A stretch of 64,000 nucleotides of DNA from an uncultured Chloroflexota bacterium (GCA_913051185.1 CAJXBM010000002.1:1166-65165), one strand, 5' to 3'; shown: positions 1 to 9,726, numbered from the stretch's first letter. Notes: generated from the sequence alone by a model not told the origin. Program-made: numbers and translations.

Positions 1-132
1 TATTCTAAATTTTGCCTCCGATAAAATTTTAGACACAGCTGGACCAGCCGTATCGACTCTCTCGCCTATCGAGCCTTTGTCGCTGATTGTCAAAACTGCT
101 GCCGAAAATGTATTCTTCTCTTGACTTGCCAT
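1..132 (-). CDS. MogA/MoaB-family molybdopterin adenylyltransferase, N-terminal fragment (gene runs off window start)
   Basis: Not in the ORF track because it is truncated. The reverse-strand ATG at 132..130 gives MASQEKNTFSAAVLTISDKGSIGERVDTAGPAVSKILSEAKFRI. The VLT.SDKGS.GER.D..GP block is the conserved N-terminus of MogA/MoaB proteins. Confidence 0.6.
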   Translation of the reverse strand, partial: MASQEKNTFSAAVLTISDKGSIGERVDTAGPAVSKILSEAKFRI

Positions 133-235
133 AATAAACAAGTTTAACCCTATCCCGTCCTCATAAGTAAGATGGAATAGCAATACTCACTTGAATAGAG
201 TAGACTGATGTTCCGTAGGGGATTACGGGGCCAAT

Positions 236-1861
236 ATGACTCGTTATGTGTTTGTTACTGGTGGAGTTGTTTCCTCTGTAGGAAAAGGCATCGTGACGGC
301 CTCTCTAGGACGCATATTGAAAGCCCGCGGTTTAAATATCTCAATTTTGAAACTAGACCCTTACATTAACGTAGACCCAGGTACTATGTCGCCATATCAA
401 CACGGCGAAGTGTTCGTAACAGATGATGGCGCAGAAACTGACCTCGATTTAGGTCACTACGAAAGATTTCTTGATATAGATCTTACAGGTTCAAATTCGT
501 CCTCAAGTGGTCAAATATATCAAGAAGTTATAAGACGTGAGCGCAGTGGTGAATACTACGAGGGCAAAACTGTTCAGGCAATCCCACATGTCACTGATGA
601 AATCCAGAGAAGAATTAGAGAAGCCGGAGAGAAACTCGATGCTGACGTCGTTCTAGTTGAAGTCGGTGGGACCGTAGGAGATATTGAAGGCCAAGTGTTT
701 TTGGAAGCCGTTGCGCAAATGCGATATGAATCCGAAAAAGGACAAACACTTTCAATCCATGTGACATTGCTCCCAAGAATTGGTGCGACGGGAGAAATGA
801 AAACCAAGCCAACCCAACACTCTGTGAGAACTCTGCGATCTTTTGGAATACAACCAGATTTGATAGTTACAAGATCAGACGATGATATCCCGATCGATTT
901 ATGTAAGAAGATCGCTCAATTCTGCAATGTGGAAGTTAATGCGGTAGCTCCACTAAAAACAGCACAGTCCATTTATCAGGTCCCCCTAATGCTTGAGAAA
1001 TTAGGAGTGGGTGAACTAACCACTAAAAAACTGGAGCTTACAACCGGAAGTCCTGACCTAAGTAAGTGGAGTGAGTTTAGCGAGCAACTCGTTAACAAAG
1101 GTTCCTCTCATCCTTTACAGATTCATGTTGTGGGAAAATATGTAAACGGCCCAGACGCCTACCTTTCTATTCAGGAAGCGCTCTCCCACGCCGCGGTGAG
1201 CTCCGAGACAAACTTTGAAATCAACTGGGTAGATGCTCAGGCACTTGAAACAAATGAACCCAGAGAAATCCTCAGACATTCGGACGGTATCGTTTTGTGC
1301 CCGGGCTTCGATGAACGAGGTGTCGAGGGGAAGATAAAAGCAGCTCAATTCGCACGTGAATCTAAAATTCCGTATCTTGGAGATTGTTTGGGCATGCAAA
1401 TTTTAGTGATCGAGTTTGCTCGGAATGTAGCTAACATGGTTGATGCACATTCAACGGAAATGAATCAAAATACCCCCTACCCCGTAATCCACATAATGGA
1501 AGACCAAAAAAATATTGAATCAAGAGGTGGAACGATGAGATTGGGAGGGTATGATTGTGATCTCACTGAGGGAACAATCACCCAAAAGGCTTATGGTAAA
1601 TCTCAGGTTCGAGAGAGGCATCGACATCGATATGAGGTGAATAATGATCTACTGCCTCAACTGGAAAAATGTGGCCTCGTAGTAGCGGGTAAATATAAAA
1701 GCAAGAACTTGGTAGAAATTGTCGAGCTCAGCAATCATCCGTTTATGGTAGGAGCCCAATTTCATCCTGAATTCACTAGTAGACCACTTCGCCCAAACCC
1801 ATTATTTCAAGGATTCATAGAAGCGGCAAAAGCGAATTCAAGAAATCAGATTGATAAATAA
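236..1861 (+). CDS. pyrG: CTP synthase
   Basis: 541-aa ORF. N-terminal synthetase motif YVFVTGGVVSSVGKG and DPYINVDPGTMSPYQHGEVFVTDDG. C-terminal glutamine amidotransferase domain with nucleophile motif GDCLGMQ and QFHPEF. Confidence 0.95.
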   Translation: MTRYVFVTGGVVSSVGKGIVTASLGRILKARGLNISILKLDPYINVDPGTMSPYQHGEVFVTDDGAETDLDLGHYERFLDIDLTGSNSSSSGQIYQEVIRRERSGEYYEGKTVQAIPHVTDEIQRRIREAGEKLDADVVLVEVGGTVGDIEGQVFLEAVAQMRYESEKGQTLSIHVTLLPRIGATGEMKTKPTQHSVRTLRSFGIQPDLIVTRSDDDIPIDLCKKIAQFCNVEVNAVAPLKTAQSIYQVPLMLEKLGVGELTTKKLELTTGSPDLSKWSEFSEQLVNKGSSHPLQIHVVGKYVNGPDAYLSIQEALSHAAVSSETNFEINWVDAQALETNEPREILRHSDGIVLCPGFDERGVEGKIKAAQFARESKIPYLGDCLGMQILVIEFARNVANMVDAHSTEMNQNTPYPVIHIMEDQKNIESRGGTMRLGGYDCDLTEGTITQKAYGKSQVRERHRHRYEVNNDLLPQLEKCGLVVAGKYKSKNLVEIVELSNHPFMVGAQFHPEFTSRPLRPNPLFQGFIEAAKANSRNQIDK

Positions 1862-2326
1862 ATGACCACTTGGCGGTTTATTCATATCCTATCTATATTA
1901 TATTTTTGCTCGGGGTGCGGAGCAGCGATAATGCCGGTCTGGAAGGCTTGGAAAGTCAATTCGATTGACGAAAAAGTAGTCCTAGTATTGTCTGCCCAAA
2001 GAGCTTTCACATCCGCTATGCTTCCTGGAATTATTGCCGTTCTGTTTTCAGGATATGCTTGGGCAGCGGCAACTAATTATCCACTCACAACCGGGTGGAT
2101 GATCAGTCTGCAGGCCCTGCTGTTTCTCAATTTATTTCTTTTTATTCCATTGTTTGGAGTGGCATTACGACGAGTAAAATGGGCAGCACTGAGCTCACAG
2201 AAAGAAAGTGCGATAACAAAGGAGCTAGAAGAGGCTTTGGCTGATAATGTTCCTTTAGTATTCGGCACATTAGTAACGCTGACCATTCCGTTAATGACTT
2301 GGATAGCATGCGTTGAATTATTCTAG
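1862..2326 (+). CDS. integral membrane protein (DUF2269-like), function unknown
   Basis: 154-aa ORF starting directly after the pyrG stop (TAAATG). About four hydrophobic helices, for example LPGIIAVLFSGYAWAAA and MISLQALLFLNLFLFIPLFGVAL. No catalytic motif recognised. Confidence 0.55.
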   Translation: MTTWRFIHILSILYFCSGCGAAIMPVWKAWKVNSIDEKVVLVLSAQRAFTSAMLPGIIAVLFSGYAWAAATNYPLTTGWMISLQALLFLNLFLFIPLFGVALRRVKWAALSSQKESAITKELEEALADNVPLVFGTLVTLTIPLMTWIACVELF

Positions 2327-2356
2327 AATGAATTTAATCAAGGAAAGTTTACTTAA

Positions 2357-3007
2357 ATGAAGATTTTTATAGATACTGCAAACCTGGATGAAATAAAAAG
2401 AGCGGCAGCTCTAGGAGTCATTGACGGGGTAACCACGAATCCTTCCCTAGTTGCGAAAGAGGGCGTGGAATATAAAAGCCGTGTACTGGACATATGCAAT
2501 GTAGTTGATGGATCTATCTCGGCAGAGTGCATATCACTTGAACTAGATCAACTTTGTGCGGAAGCCAGACGAGTAGCAGCATGGCACCCAAACGTTACCG
2601 TAAAAATACCGATGAGTGAAGTTGGACTTCAGGCAATGGCAATTTTGTCTGCAGAAGGGATAGCAATCAATTGCACCTTGATTTTCAGTGTGAACCAAGC
2701 ATTATTGGCTGCGAAAGCTGGTGCGACATATGTTTCTCCATTTGTCGGAAGGATAAATGACGGAGGGGCTGACGGGATGCTGTTAATAAAAGAATGTGCC
2801 GAAATATTCTCCACTTACCCAGAAATTAAAACTGAGATTCTCTCAGCCTCGATCAGAAATCCCCGAGACGTGATTGAAGCCGCCTTGGCAGGGAGCCATA
2901 TTGCAACATTGCCACCCGCCGTATTGTTTCAAATGATAAACCATCCACTCACAGACCTAGGAATTACTGCTTTTCTGAAGGACTCACAATCTTACAGTCC
3001 TGTCTAA
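2357..3007 (+). CDS. tal: transaldolase / fructose-6-phosphate aldolase (short type 3B)
   Basis: 216 aa. [14 protein letters not shown]...GVTTNPSL N-terminus and the Schiff-base lysine context VTVKIP are typical of short Tal/FSA enzymes. Confidence 0.9.
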   Translation: MKIFIDTANLDEIKRAAALGVIDGVTTNPSLVAKEGVEYKSRVLDICNVVDGSISAECISLELDQLCAEARRVAAWHPNVTVKIPMSEVGLQAMAILSAEGIAINCTLIFSVNQALLAAKAGATYVSPFVGRINDGGADGMLLIKECAEIFSTYPEIKTEILSASIRNPRDVIEAALAGSHIATLPPAVLFQMINHPLTDLGITAFLKDSQSYSPV

Positions 3008-3221
3008 GGGTCACAGCCGGACTGCCGACCGCTAAGAATATCTAGAGATTCAATTCCTTCGATAGTTACCTATCTGGGTAACCATCTGATTATCCCTTTG
3101 CAAAATCATGAAATAGATATATAGTAATAGGGATTAGTAAGACATTTAAATGCAATATAACACTCTAATAGGGTATTTAAGCTTGTATTTAAACCTAAAA
3201 CACATATCAATTGGGTAATCT

Positions 3222-3659
3222 ATGTACGGAACCAGTCGACAAAAATTAGACTCCAATGGCAGGGTGTCTATTCCAATAAAGCATCTTCAGTCTTTCAATG
3301 CAGACTCGGCCACAGGTACAGGTCATGGCGTCCTTGTCACCGGAGATGATGGCTGCATAGAGTTGTTTCCTCTCGACGCCTTTAACGAAGAAATTCAGAA
3401 AACATTCTCGATTCAGCAAAATCCCCGGAACACTAACACGCGTGAGCAGCGTAGAAGATTAATTGGTAATGCTTATGGCGTAGATATTGATGAACGCGGC
3501 AGACTTTCGATTCCCAATAAATACCGAGAGTTTGCTGGACTGAAGTCGGGACCTGTAATCCTTTCAGCCTGTGGTGAGTATCTTGAAATTTGGTCGCCCG
3601 AGACATGCCCAAACCTATTACTCGAATTTCTTGCTGAAGAAAGGATTCGCCCAAAATAA
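3222..3659 (+). CDS. mraZ: transcriptional regulator MraZ
   Basis: 145 aa with two SpoVT/AbrB-like halves (LDSNGRVSIP and IDERGRLSIP, the duplicated D..GR..IP motif). First gene of the dcw cluster. Confidence 0.9.
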   Translation: MYGTSRQKLDSNGRVSIPIKHLQSFNADSATGTGHGVLVTGDDGCIELFPLDAFNEEIQKTFSIQQNPRNTNTREQRRRLIGNAYGVDIDERGRLSIPNKYREFAGLKSGPVILSACGEYLEIWSPETCPNLLLEFLAEERIRPK

Positions 3660-3967
3660 TGAATTTGAAAGACAACGGTAGAGAGCGCAGTGTGAGTGAT
3701 CTGTTTACAAACGGACGGAATCAAACTCATATAAAGACGTCGCCCCCTCGACAAAATAAAACAAGAGAATTCCGCTCAGAATATTTAATTCACATTGCGC
3801 TCTCTATCGTTGTCCAGTTAAAAAAAAGAAGTTTAGCAAATTCGGGATGGCTCCGAAAATATTTCATCAAATATAAATCCCCGCCCATATTAGATGAATT
3901 AATCGGAGCTATCTCGAATATTTTTTCTATCGTGGATGAAAGACGAGTGCTTATACGGTCTGCCTAA
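3659..3967 (+). CDS. hypothetical small basic protein (102 aa) between mraZ and rsmH; coding status uncertain
   Basis: Open frame joined to both neighbours by TAATG overlaps (mraZ stop 3657-3659 with ATG 3659; TAA 3965-3967 with rsmH ATG 3967). K/R-rich with no recognisable domain. It contains a 24-bp inverted repeat, so the region could instead be a structured leader. Confidence 0.4.
   Translation: MNLKDNGRERSVSDLFTNGRNQTHIKTSPPRQNKTREFRSEYLIHIALSIVVQLKKRSLANSGWLRKYFIKYKSPPILDELIGAISNIFSIVDERRVLIRSA
3671..3814 (+). repeat. 24-bp inverted repeat / predicted long RNA hairpin (arms 3671-3694 and 3791-3814, 96-nt spacer)
   Basis: Arm1 is GACAACGGTAGAGAGCGCAGTGTG. The reverse complement of arm2 is GACAACGATAGAGAGCGCAATGTG. 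The only two differences are G opposite T on the + strand (G-U wobbles in a sense transcript, C-A mismatches in an antisense one). A possible nested helix is CGGAAT 3716-3721 with ATTCCG 3769-3774. Confidence 0.75.
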
Positions 3968-4959
3968 TGAGAGCTAAATTAGAAGTTCCCTCAAGTAGTC
4001 TGCACCAGTCAGTGTTGGTAAACGAAGTACTCGACCTACTTGTCACCAAATCTGGAGGCAATTACATAGATGGGACTGTTGGAGCCGGAGGCCATACAGC
4101 CGCAATACTAAAGAGAGCCGGACTCGGTTCCCACGTCTTAGGAATTGATCACGATCCTGACGCACTGAATTGGTCAAAAAAAACACTCGCCGATTTTAAA
4201 GATCAGATAACGTTAGTGTCTGGTAAATTTTCTGAAATTACAGCGATATGCAACGAATATAAGCTCAACAATATCAGAGGCATCCTACTCGATCTCGGTC
4301 TGTCATCAATGCAGATTGAACGCTCAAATAGAGGGTTTTCGTTTATGCGAAACGAGATTCTTGATATGAGGATGAATCCAAGCTCAGAACTAACTGCCAA
4401 ACAAATAATTAACGATTGGGAACCGTCAGAAATTGCAAGGATAATCAGTAAGTACGGTGAAGAACGGAATGCAAAAAAAATAACTCGACAAATTATAAAA
4501 AATAGACCAATCAAAACTACTAAAGAATTAGTTCGAATCATAGAAACAGCAGTCGGATCAGTAACCGCAAAACAAAGACAAAAGCATCCAGCGACTAAAA
4601 CCTTCCAAGCCTTGAGAATTACGGTTAATGACGAACTTGCTGAATTAGAAAAAGGTCTGCATACCATCCATGAATTCTTAAGCCGAACGAGTCAAATCTC
4701 CGGGGAAAGTACAAGACTGGCGATTATCTCTTTTCATTCTCTTGAAGATCGACTGGTGAAATCTTTTTTTAGATACGAGTCAGCATCTTGTGTCTGCTCG
4801 AAGCGATTACCTATCTGTACCTGTGAACACAGCCCGACACTAAAAGAACTGACCCGAAAGCCAATTGTCGCATCAGAAGATGAAATAAAGCAGAACCCCC
4901 GAGCACGATCTGCCAGATTGCGTGTAGCTGAGATACTACCGAAAGTAAACCGGTCATAA
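3967..4959 (+). CDS. rsmH: 16S rRNA (cytosine1402-N4)-methyltransferase RsmH
   Basis: 330 aa. HQSVLVNEVL, SAM-binding DGTVGAGGHT, LDLGLSSMQ, and C-terminal NPRARSARLRVAE. Canonical position after mraZ. Confidence 0.93.
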   Translation: MRAKLEVPSSSLHQSVLVNEVLDLLVTKSGGNYIDGTVGAGGHTAAILKRAGLGSHVLGIDHDPDALNWSKKTLADFKDQITLVSGKFSEITAICNEYKLNNIRGILLDLGLSSMQIERSNRGFSFMRNEILDMRMNPSSELTAKQIINDWEPSEIARIISKYGEERNAKKITRQIIKNRPIKTTKELVRIIETAVGSVTAKQRQKHPATKTFQALRITVNDELAELEKGLHTIHEFLSRTSQISGESTRLAIISFHSLEDRLVKSFFRYESASCVCSKRLPICTCEHSPTLKELTRKPIVASEDEIKQNPRARSARLRVAEILPKVNRS

Positions 4960-5462
4960 TGCGAAGTTCGCTTAACTTAAATAACAAGCCAAATCGAGGT
5001 CTAACCCATGAACGCCCTCGACAACGCTTCACAAAGAAACTGCTAAATTATTTTCCTCCACTTTCTCTTCAAAACCGACGATTGTCTCCCGCAATATTCT
5101 TGGCTCTCCTACTAATCTCTGTTGCAGCTGGTTTAGCCATCTTCCAGATTCAGGCGACTGCGCAGATACCGGGACTTGCTATTAAATTAACTGACACTAG
5201 ACATCAATCTGCCGAAGTCACTTTTAAGTCCAGAGTATTGGCAACTGACTTGGCGATAAAACTCGTAAAGGCCAATGAGCAAGCCTATGATCTATCAAAA
5301 AATGTCGAGATAGCATCAAGAAAACTTCAAATCTCTTCCCAAATAATTTTGACCGAAAAATCTTCAAAAGATACATTCCGACAAATATTTCCTCGCCAGT
5401 ATCTACCCCCTGAAGTCATTAAATCAATGGTGCAAATTGATAAATCTGGACTGGTGGAATGA
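4959..5462 (+). CDS. FtsL/DivIC-like bitopic divisome membrane protein (by position and topology only)
   Basis: 167 aa, TAATG-coupled to rsmH and overlapping the ftsI start. Basic N-terminus, a single TM helix (AIFLALLLISVAAGLAIF), then an extracytoplasmic segment. No sequence-level family assignment. Confidence 0.5.
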   Translation: MRSSLNLNNKPNRGLTHERPRQRFTKKLLNYFPPLSLQNRRLSPAIFLALLLISVAAGLAIFQIQATAQIPGLAIKLTDTRHQSAEVTFKSRVLATDLAIKLVKANEQAYDLSKNVEIASRKLQISSQIILTEKSSKDTFRQIFPRQYLPPEVIKSMVQIDKSGLVE

Positions 5463-7300
5463 TGTTTAGATTTAAAGAGAGTCCACTTAATCAACCAAGT
5501 GATCAGATGAAATATTCAGCAGGTCAAATAAACTGGCGGCAAGGTGTCTTAGTTATCTTGTTCGCACTAGGTATCTCGGCAATCATATTTCGCCTCTATG
5601 AGCTGCAAATTGCTCAGCATCAGACGCTGAGCGCTCAAGCAAAGTCAGCTCAATTAGGGTTTATAACAGTGCCTGCAGAGCGAGGAATAATAGTTGACAC
5701 TCATGGTTTTCCTCTCGCGCTCTCAGTTGAATCATGGGATTTATACCTAGATGAAACCCACTGGGAAGAAAATCCAATAGCGGCTAAACACTCTGCTGCC
5801 GAGCTCACCCACTATTTAGGAAAAGATATCCAAGAAGAACACAGCATCCCTAAGGATCAGATTCAGCAATGGCTAATAGACTGGGCGAGTAGCCCGCAAA
5901 CTTCTAACACTCCTGTACTGAAATCCTTAGACCTGGGTCAGAGGAGTTTGATCAAGACAAAATCTCTATTCGGTGTCCGACTATTGCCTCGCTCTCAACG
6001 AATTTACCCAGACGACGCATTAAATTCACAAGTTCTCGGATATGTGAATAATTTCGGAGAAGCGCTATGGGGAGTTGAGCGCGATTATAACAAGTCTTTA
6101 GAAGGCAAATCAGGGTGGACGCTCGAGGAGAAAAACGCTCTAGGGGGAACTCTCGGGTATACGCCAACTATTGGGAAAAAAACCGTCCCCGGAAAAGACA
6201 TCCGATTAACTATTGACTCAGAGATTCAAAGGTTAAGTCAAGAGCACCTTGTTTCTGGATTACGCGACTATCAAGCCCTCTCTGGTCAAATAATAGTTGT
6301 GGATCTAAGTAAAAATCATGAGGGTGCTATTCGATCAATCGCAATCGCTCCGGAACTGAACTATCAGGACATCGACCCCCAGACAGGTCCCACCTTAATC
6401 AGCCAAACTAGTAATTCTGTAATTGCCAATACATATGAACCAGGTTCGATTTTCAAACCCCTCACTGTTGCAATGGCTTTGGATAAAGGAGTAATCAACA
6501 CCGAAACGCTCTATAGAGACACTGGTGTTCTATGCTTCAACTCCCAATGCACAGGCGACTCAAAAATTCAAAATTGGAACGGGCGAACCTATGGAGAGGT
6601 AAACGCGCAAGAAATATTAAGGGAATCCATTAATACCGGAGCTGCTTGGATTGGATCCCAACTCTCTACAGATGACTTTTACAACTACCTAGATTTGTAC
6701 AATATCGGTCACAAGACAGGTATTGATCTTCAGGGAGAGGTGTCCGGAGACCTGACAACTCCAGAAAACAAGTCATGGCAAATGATTTCTCAGGCTACCC
6801 AATCGTACGGACACGGAGTGCGGGTGACTCCAATTCAGGCCATAATGGCACTGACTACTTTCTACACGGAAGGCTGCCTGATCGAGCCATTCATATTGGA
6901 GAGCAATAATCAATTCGAGCCTCTATGCGATAGGGGGCATCGAGTAATTTCAGCATCAACTGCCCAAATAATGCGCCAGCTTATGCGCGGCGTGGTTGAA
7001 GATAAGCCATGGCATCAAGCAAAAGTCAATGGATATTCGGTCGGGGGCAAAACTGGCACAGCAATCCGATATGACACAGTCACAGGAACATATGCCGAGG
7101 ATAAAATGGATGCAACTTTCGTAGGATTTATCCCGGCAGAGAAACCACGGCTCGCAATCCTAATTAGGCTTACTGAGCCGCAGAAAAATGACAGCCTAGC
7201 AGGTGCAACTGCAGCTCCGCTCTTCGCCCAACTCGCAACCGAACTAATGGCTTACCTTGGCGTACCGGCTGAAGAAGCTAATCAAATCACAAGGAAGTAA
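5459..7300 (+). CDS. ftsI: class B penicillin-binding protein / peptidoglycan D,D-transpeptidase FtsI
   Basis: 613 aa with an N-terminal TM anchor. Transpeptidase motifs SxxK (GSIFKP), SxN (SINTG) and KTG (GGKTGTA). Confidence 0.9.
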   Translation: MMFRFKESPLNQPSDQMKYSAGQINWRQGVLVILFALGISAIIFRLYELQIAQHQTLSAQAKSAQLGFITVPAERGIIVDTHGFPLALSVESWDLYLDETHWEENPIAAKHSAAELTHYLGKDIQEEHSIPKDQIQQWLIDWASSPQTSNTPVLKSLDLGQRSLIKTKSLFGVRLLPRSQRIYPDDALNSQVLGYVNNFGEALWGVERDYNKSLEGKSGWTLEEKNALGGTLGYTPTIGKKTVPGKDIRLTIDSEIQRLSQEHLVSGLRDYQALSGQIIVVDLSKNHEGAIRSIAIAPELNYQDIDPQTGPTLISQTSNSVIANTYEPGSIFKPLTVAMALDKGVINTETLYRDTGVLCFNSQCTGDSKIQNWNGRTYGEVNAQEILRESINTGAAWIGSQLSTDDFYNYLDLYNIGHKTGIDLQGEVSGDLTTPENKSWQMISQATQSYGHGVRVTPIQAIMALTTFYTEGCLIEPFILESNNQFEPLCDRGHRVISASTAQIMRQLMRGVVEDKPWHQAKVNGYSVGGKTGTAIRYDTVTGTYAEDKMDATFVGFIPAEKPRLAILIRLTEPQKNDSLAGATAAPLFAQLATELMAYLGVPAEEANQITRK

Positions 7301-7310
7301 ACTATAAAAT

Positions 7311-8732
7311 ATGGACCTTGGAATTAACCAACTTACTGGCAAATTCGTTACTGAATCTCTGGCCTCTGAATTAATTGAATCAAATATCGATGATCGCATA
7401 ATATTCAATCGAGCAGTTATAGATTCAAGAGAAGTTACAGAAGGTGACCTCTTTATTGCACTACCAGGGGAACAAGTAAACGGTCATGATTTTGTGAAAG
7501 ACGCGATCAATAATGGTGCAAAAGCCGCAGTGATCCAGGAAAAAAATCCGACCCTATATGGCCTACCAACTATCCTTGTGAAAGAGTCACTAATTGCCCT
7601 GCAAGAATTAGCTCGGGCGTGGCGAGCGCACTTACAAATCGAAGTCATAGCGATAACGGGTAGTGTAGGAAAAACAACCACAAAGAGACTAACCAGCTGG
7701 ATGCTCGAGCAATACTTCTCAACCTCGTCAAATTCACGAAACTATAACAATGAAATATCGGTTCCACTCTGCTTGCTTGAGATCAAGCCCGAAAGTGAAA
7801 AAGCAGTGATAGAGATGGGGATGTACGAAATAGGTGATATCGAATTTTTATGTCAGATAGCTAAGCCTCAGGTCGGTGTTGTGCTCAACGTGGGGCCCGT
7901 GCACCTTGCACGGGCCGGAAGTCTTGAGAATATACAAAAAGCGAAATCAGAGTTGCCGAAGTCAATTAGTGCCAAAGGTTTTACGATATTGAATCTTGAC
8001 GACTCAAATGTTTGGAAAATGAAAAGTGTGACTAACGGTGGAGTCATAAGTTATTCTGCACTGGGAAACAACAATGCTGATCTATACGCTACTGACATTG
8101 TTGAATTAACTGATGAGAAAATTCAGTTCGCAATTAACCATCACAGTGAAAAAATCTACACGCAACTGAACTCAATAGGACTACACCTCGTTGAAAATGC
8201 ACTTGCAGCTGCAGCAGTGGGAGTTGCTTCTGATTTAAGCCTCGAGGAAGTCTGCACAGCCCTAAGCATGGCGCCTAACGTCGACAGAGTTAAAAAAATT
8301 CCGCTAGAAAACGGAGCCGTTCTCCTCGATGACACATATAACTCCCAACCTAAATCCCTCGCGGCAATATTGCGCGTTATCAAAAAGGCACAAGGCCATC
8401 GAGTGGCGCTTTTAGCTGACATGCTTGAATTAGGTGAAGTTTCTGATTTAGAACATGAGCTAGCTGGCCAGCTTGCTGCCGACTCTCTAGATCACTTAAT
8501 TACTCTCGGTAGTGCCGCTGAGATAATGGCGACCTCGGCGCTAAAAAACGGAATAGAAAAGGTCGACATCGCACATACGAATGATGAAGCGATCGATTTT
8601 CTAGTCAATGCTGCAAAATCGGACAGTACCCTACTGATAAAGGGCTCTCAAGCGTTTGGTTTAAATAATTTCATCCCCAAAATAATATCCAATTGCAAGG
8701 CGCCCACTGAACAAGATGAGTGCCTGAAATGA
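7311..8732 (+). CDS. murF: UDP-N-acetylmuramoyl-tripeptide--D-alanyl-D-alanine ligase
   Basis: 473 aa. Mur ligase P-loop ITGSVGKTTTK (MurF-type TGS.GKT), DSREV..GDLF N-terminal domain, and DDTYNSQP. Confidence 0.88.
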   Translation: MDLGINQLTGKFVTESLASELIESNIDDRIIFNRAVIDSREVTEGDLFIALPGEQVNGHDFVKDAINNGAKAAVIQEKNPTLYGLPTILVKESLIALQELARAWRAHLQIEVIAITGSVGKTTTKRLTSWMLEQYFSTSSNSRNYNNEISVPLCLLEIKPESEKAVIEMGMYEIGDIEFLCQIAKPQVGVVLNVGPVHLARAGSLENIQKAKSELPKSISAKGFTILNLDDSNVWKMKSVTNGGVISYSALGNNNADLYATDIVELTDEKIQFAINHHSEKIYTQLNSIGLHLVENALAAAAVGVASDLSLEEVCTALSMAPNVDRVKKIPLENGAVLLDDTYNSQPKSLAAILRVIKKAQGHRVALLADMLELGEVSDLEHELAGQLAADSLDHLITLGSAAEIMATSALKNGIEKVDIAHTNDEAIDFLVNAAKSDSTLLIKGSQAFGLNNFIPKIISNCKAPTEQDECLK

Positions 8733-9715
8733 CTGGGGTGTTGTTGTCTGGTGGTGCTGCATTCGTGGTCGCACTAATCCTAGGCGGTCCTAGTATTCAT
8801 TTCCTAAACCGATATAAATTCGGAAAAGCTATTTCACAAGACTTGCCTGACCGCCATGCTAGTAAAGCAGGCACACCCACTATGGGTGGCTTATTCATAT
8901 GGCTCACCGTAGTTTTAGTAACCATTTTCACCAATTTATTTGAGTTCGAAGACAGTTTTTTTTCGTTCGAGCGACAATCGATGATGCTGCCACTAGTAGT
9001 AGTCTCTATAACTTTAGCGGTTGGTATTTGGGATGACCTTGGGACGCTAATAAACAAACCTGATTCGGGATTATCGTGGAGATTTAAGTTCTTATTCCTC
9101 AGCATAATTTCTGTAGGAGTAGCGGTATGCATGTTCTTCCTGCTTGAAGCAGAGAGTGTATTTGTTCCTTGGATCGGAAAGTATTCTATGGGTTATTTTT
9201 ATATAGCTATCGCATTTCTGACTGTGTTTAGCACAACTACCGCAGTTTCAATAACTGACGGATTAGATGGCTTATTAGGAGGAACTGCGTTGTTCGCATT
9301 TGGCGCTTACGGAATAATTGCTCACTCACAGGGTCAATTATTCCTGGCTATCTTTTGCTTCACAGTTGCGGGTGCACTACTTGGATTTTTATGGTTCAAT
9401 GCACACCCTGCCCTAGTATTTATGGGTGATGCCGGTGCACTTCCACTTGGTGCAGCACTAGGCACAGTCGCCCTTATGACCGGACACTGGCTTTTGCTAC
9501 CTATAATTGGGATCGTGTTCGTTATTGAGGCGAGCTCCGATGTGATTCAAGTCAGCTACTTCAAGATCACTAGCGGGAAACGGATTTTTCGAAAAACACC
9601 ATTCCATCATCATCTTGAACTCTTGGGCTGGAGTGAGCCTCAGGTGGTTATGAGGCTTTATTTATTTGGAATAGCCGGTGCCCTGGTAGGTATCGCGCTA
9701 GCGCTCACAAGTTAA
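8720..9715 (+). CDS. mraY: phospho-N-acetylmuramoyl-pentapeptide transferase
   Basis: 331 aa polytopic membrane protein. KAGTPTMGG, ITDGLDGL, VFMGDAGALPLG and TPFHHHLEL motifs. Confidence 0.93.
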   Translation: MPEMTGVLLSGGAAFVVALILGGPSIHFLNRYKFGKAISQDLPDRHASKAGTPTMGGLFIWLTVVLVTIFTNLFEFEDSFFSFERQSMMLPLVVVSITLAVGIWDDLGTLINKPDSGLSWRFKFLFLSIISVGVAVCMFFLLEAESVFVPWIGKYSMGYFYIAIAFLTVFSTTTAVSITDGLDGLLGGTALFAFGAYGIIAHSQGQLFLAIFCFTVAGALLGFLWFNAHPALVFMGDAGALPLGAALGTVALMTGHWLLLPIIGIVFVIEASSDVIQVSYFKITSGKRIFRKTPFHHHLELLGWSEPQVVMRLYLFGIAGALVGIALALTS

Positions 9716-9726
9716 AGGATACGTAA

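Noticed and set aside
3076-3220. GGG-containing repeats upstream of mraZ (TGGGTAA at 3075 and 3212; TAATAGGG at 3125 and 3166), considered as MraZ boxes.
   Set aside because: The spacings (54, 41 and 42 bp) do not match the ~10-bp-phased repeats known for MraZ operators. An 8-mer repeat within 200 bp of AT-rich DNA is not significant.
4203-4667. Long antisense or alternative-frame ORFs in the ORF track. Examples: 4203-4667, 11498-11860, 14677-15174, 19029-19484, 19962-20354, 28519-28896, 44109-44495, 45850-46131, 46664-47155, 47997-48434, 59227-59715.
   Set aside because: Each lies inside or opposite a gene with strong motif-level identification. The translations are Ser/Pro/Arg-rich and low-complexity with no recognisable motifs or RBS. 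This is typical shadow-ORF behaviour.
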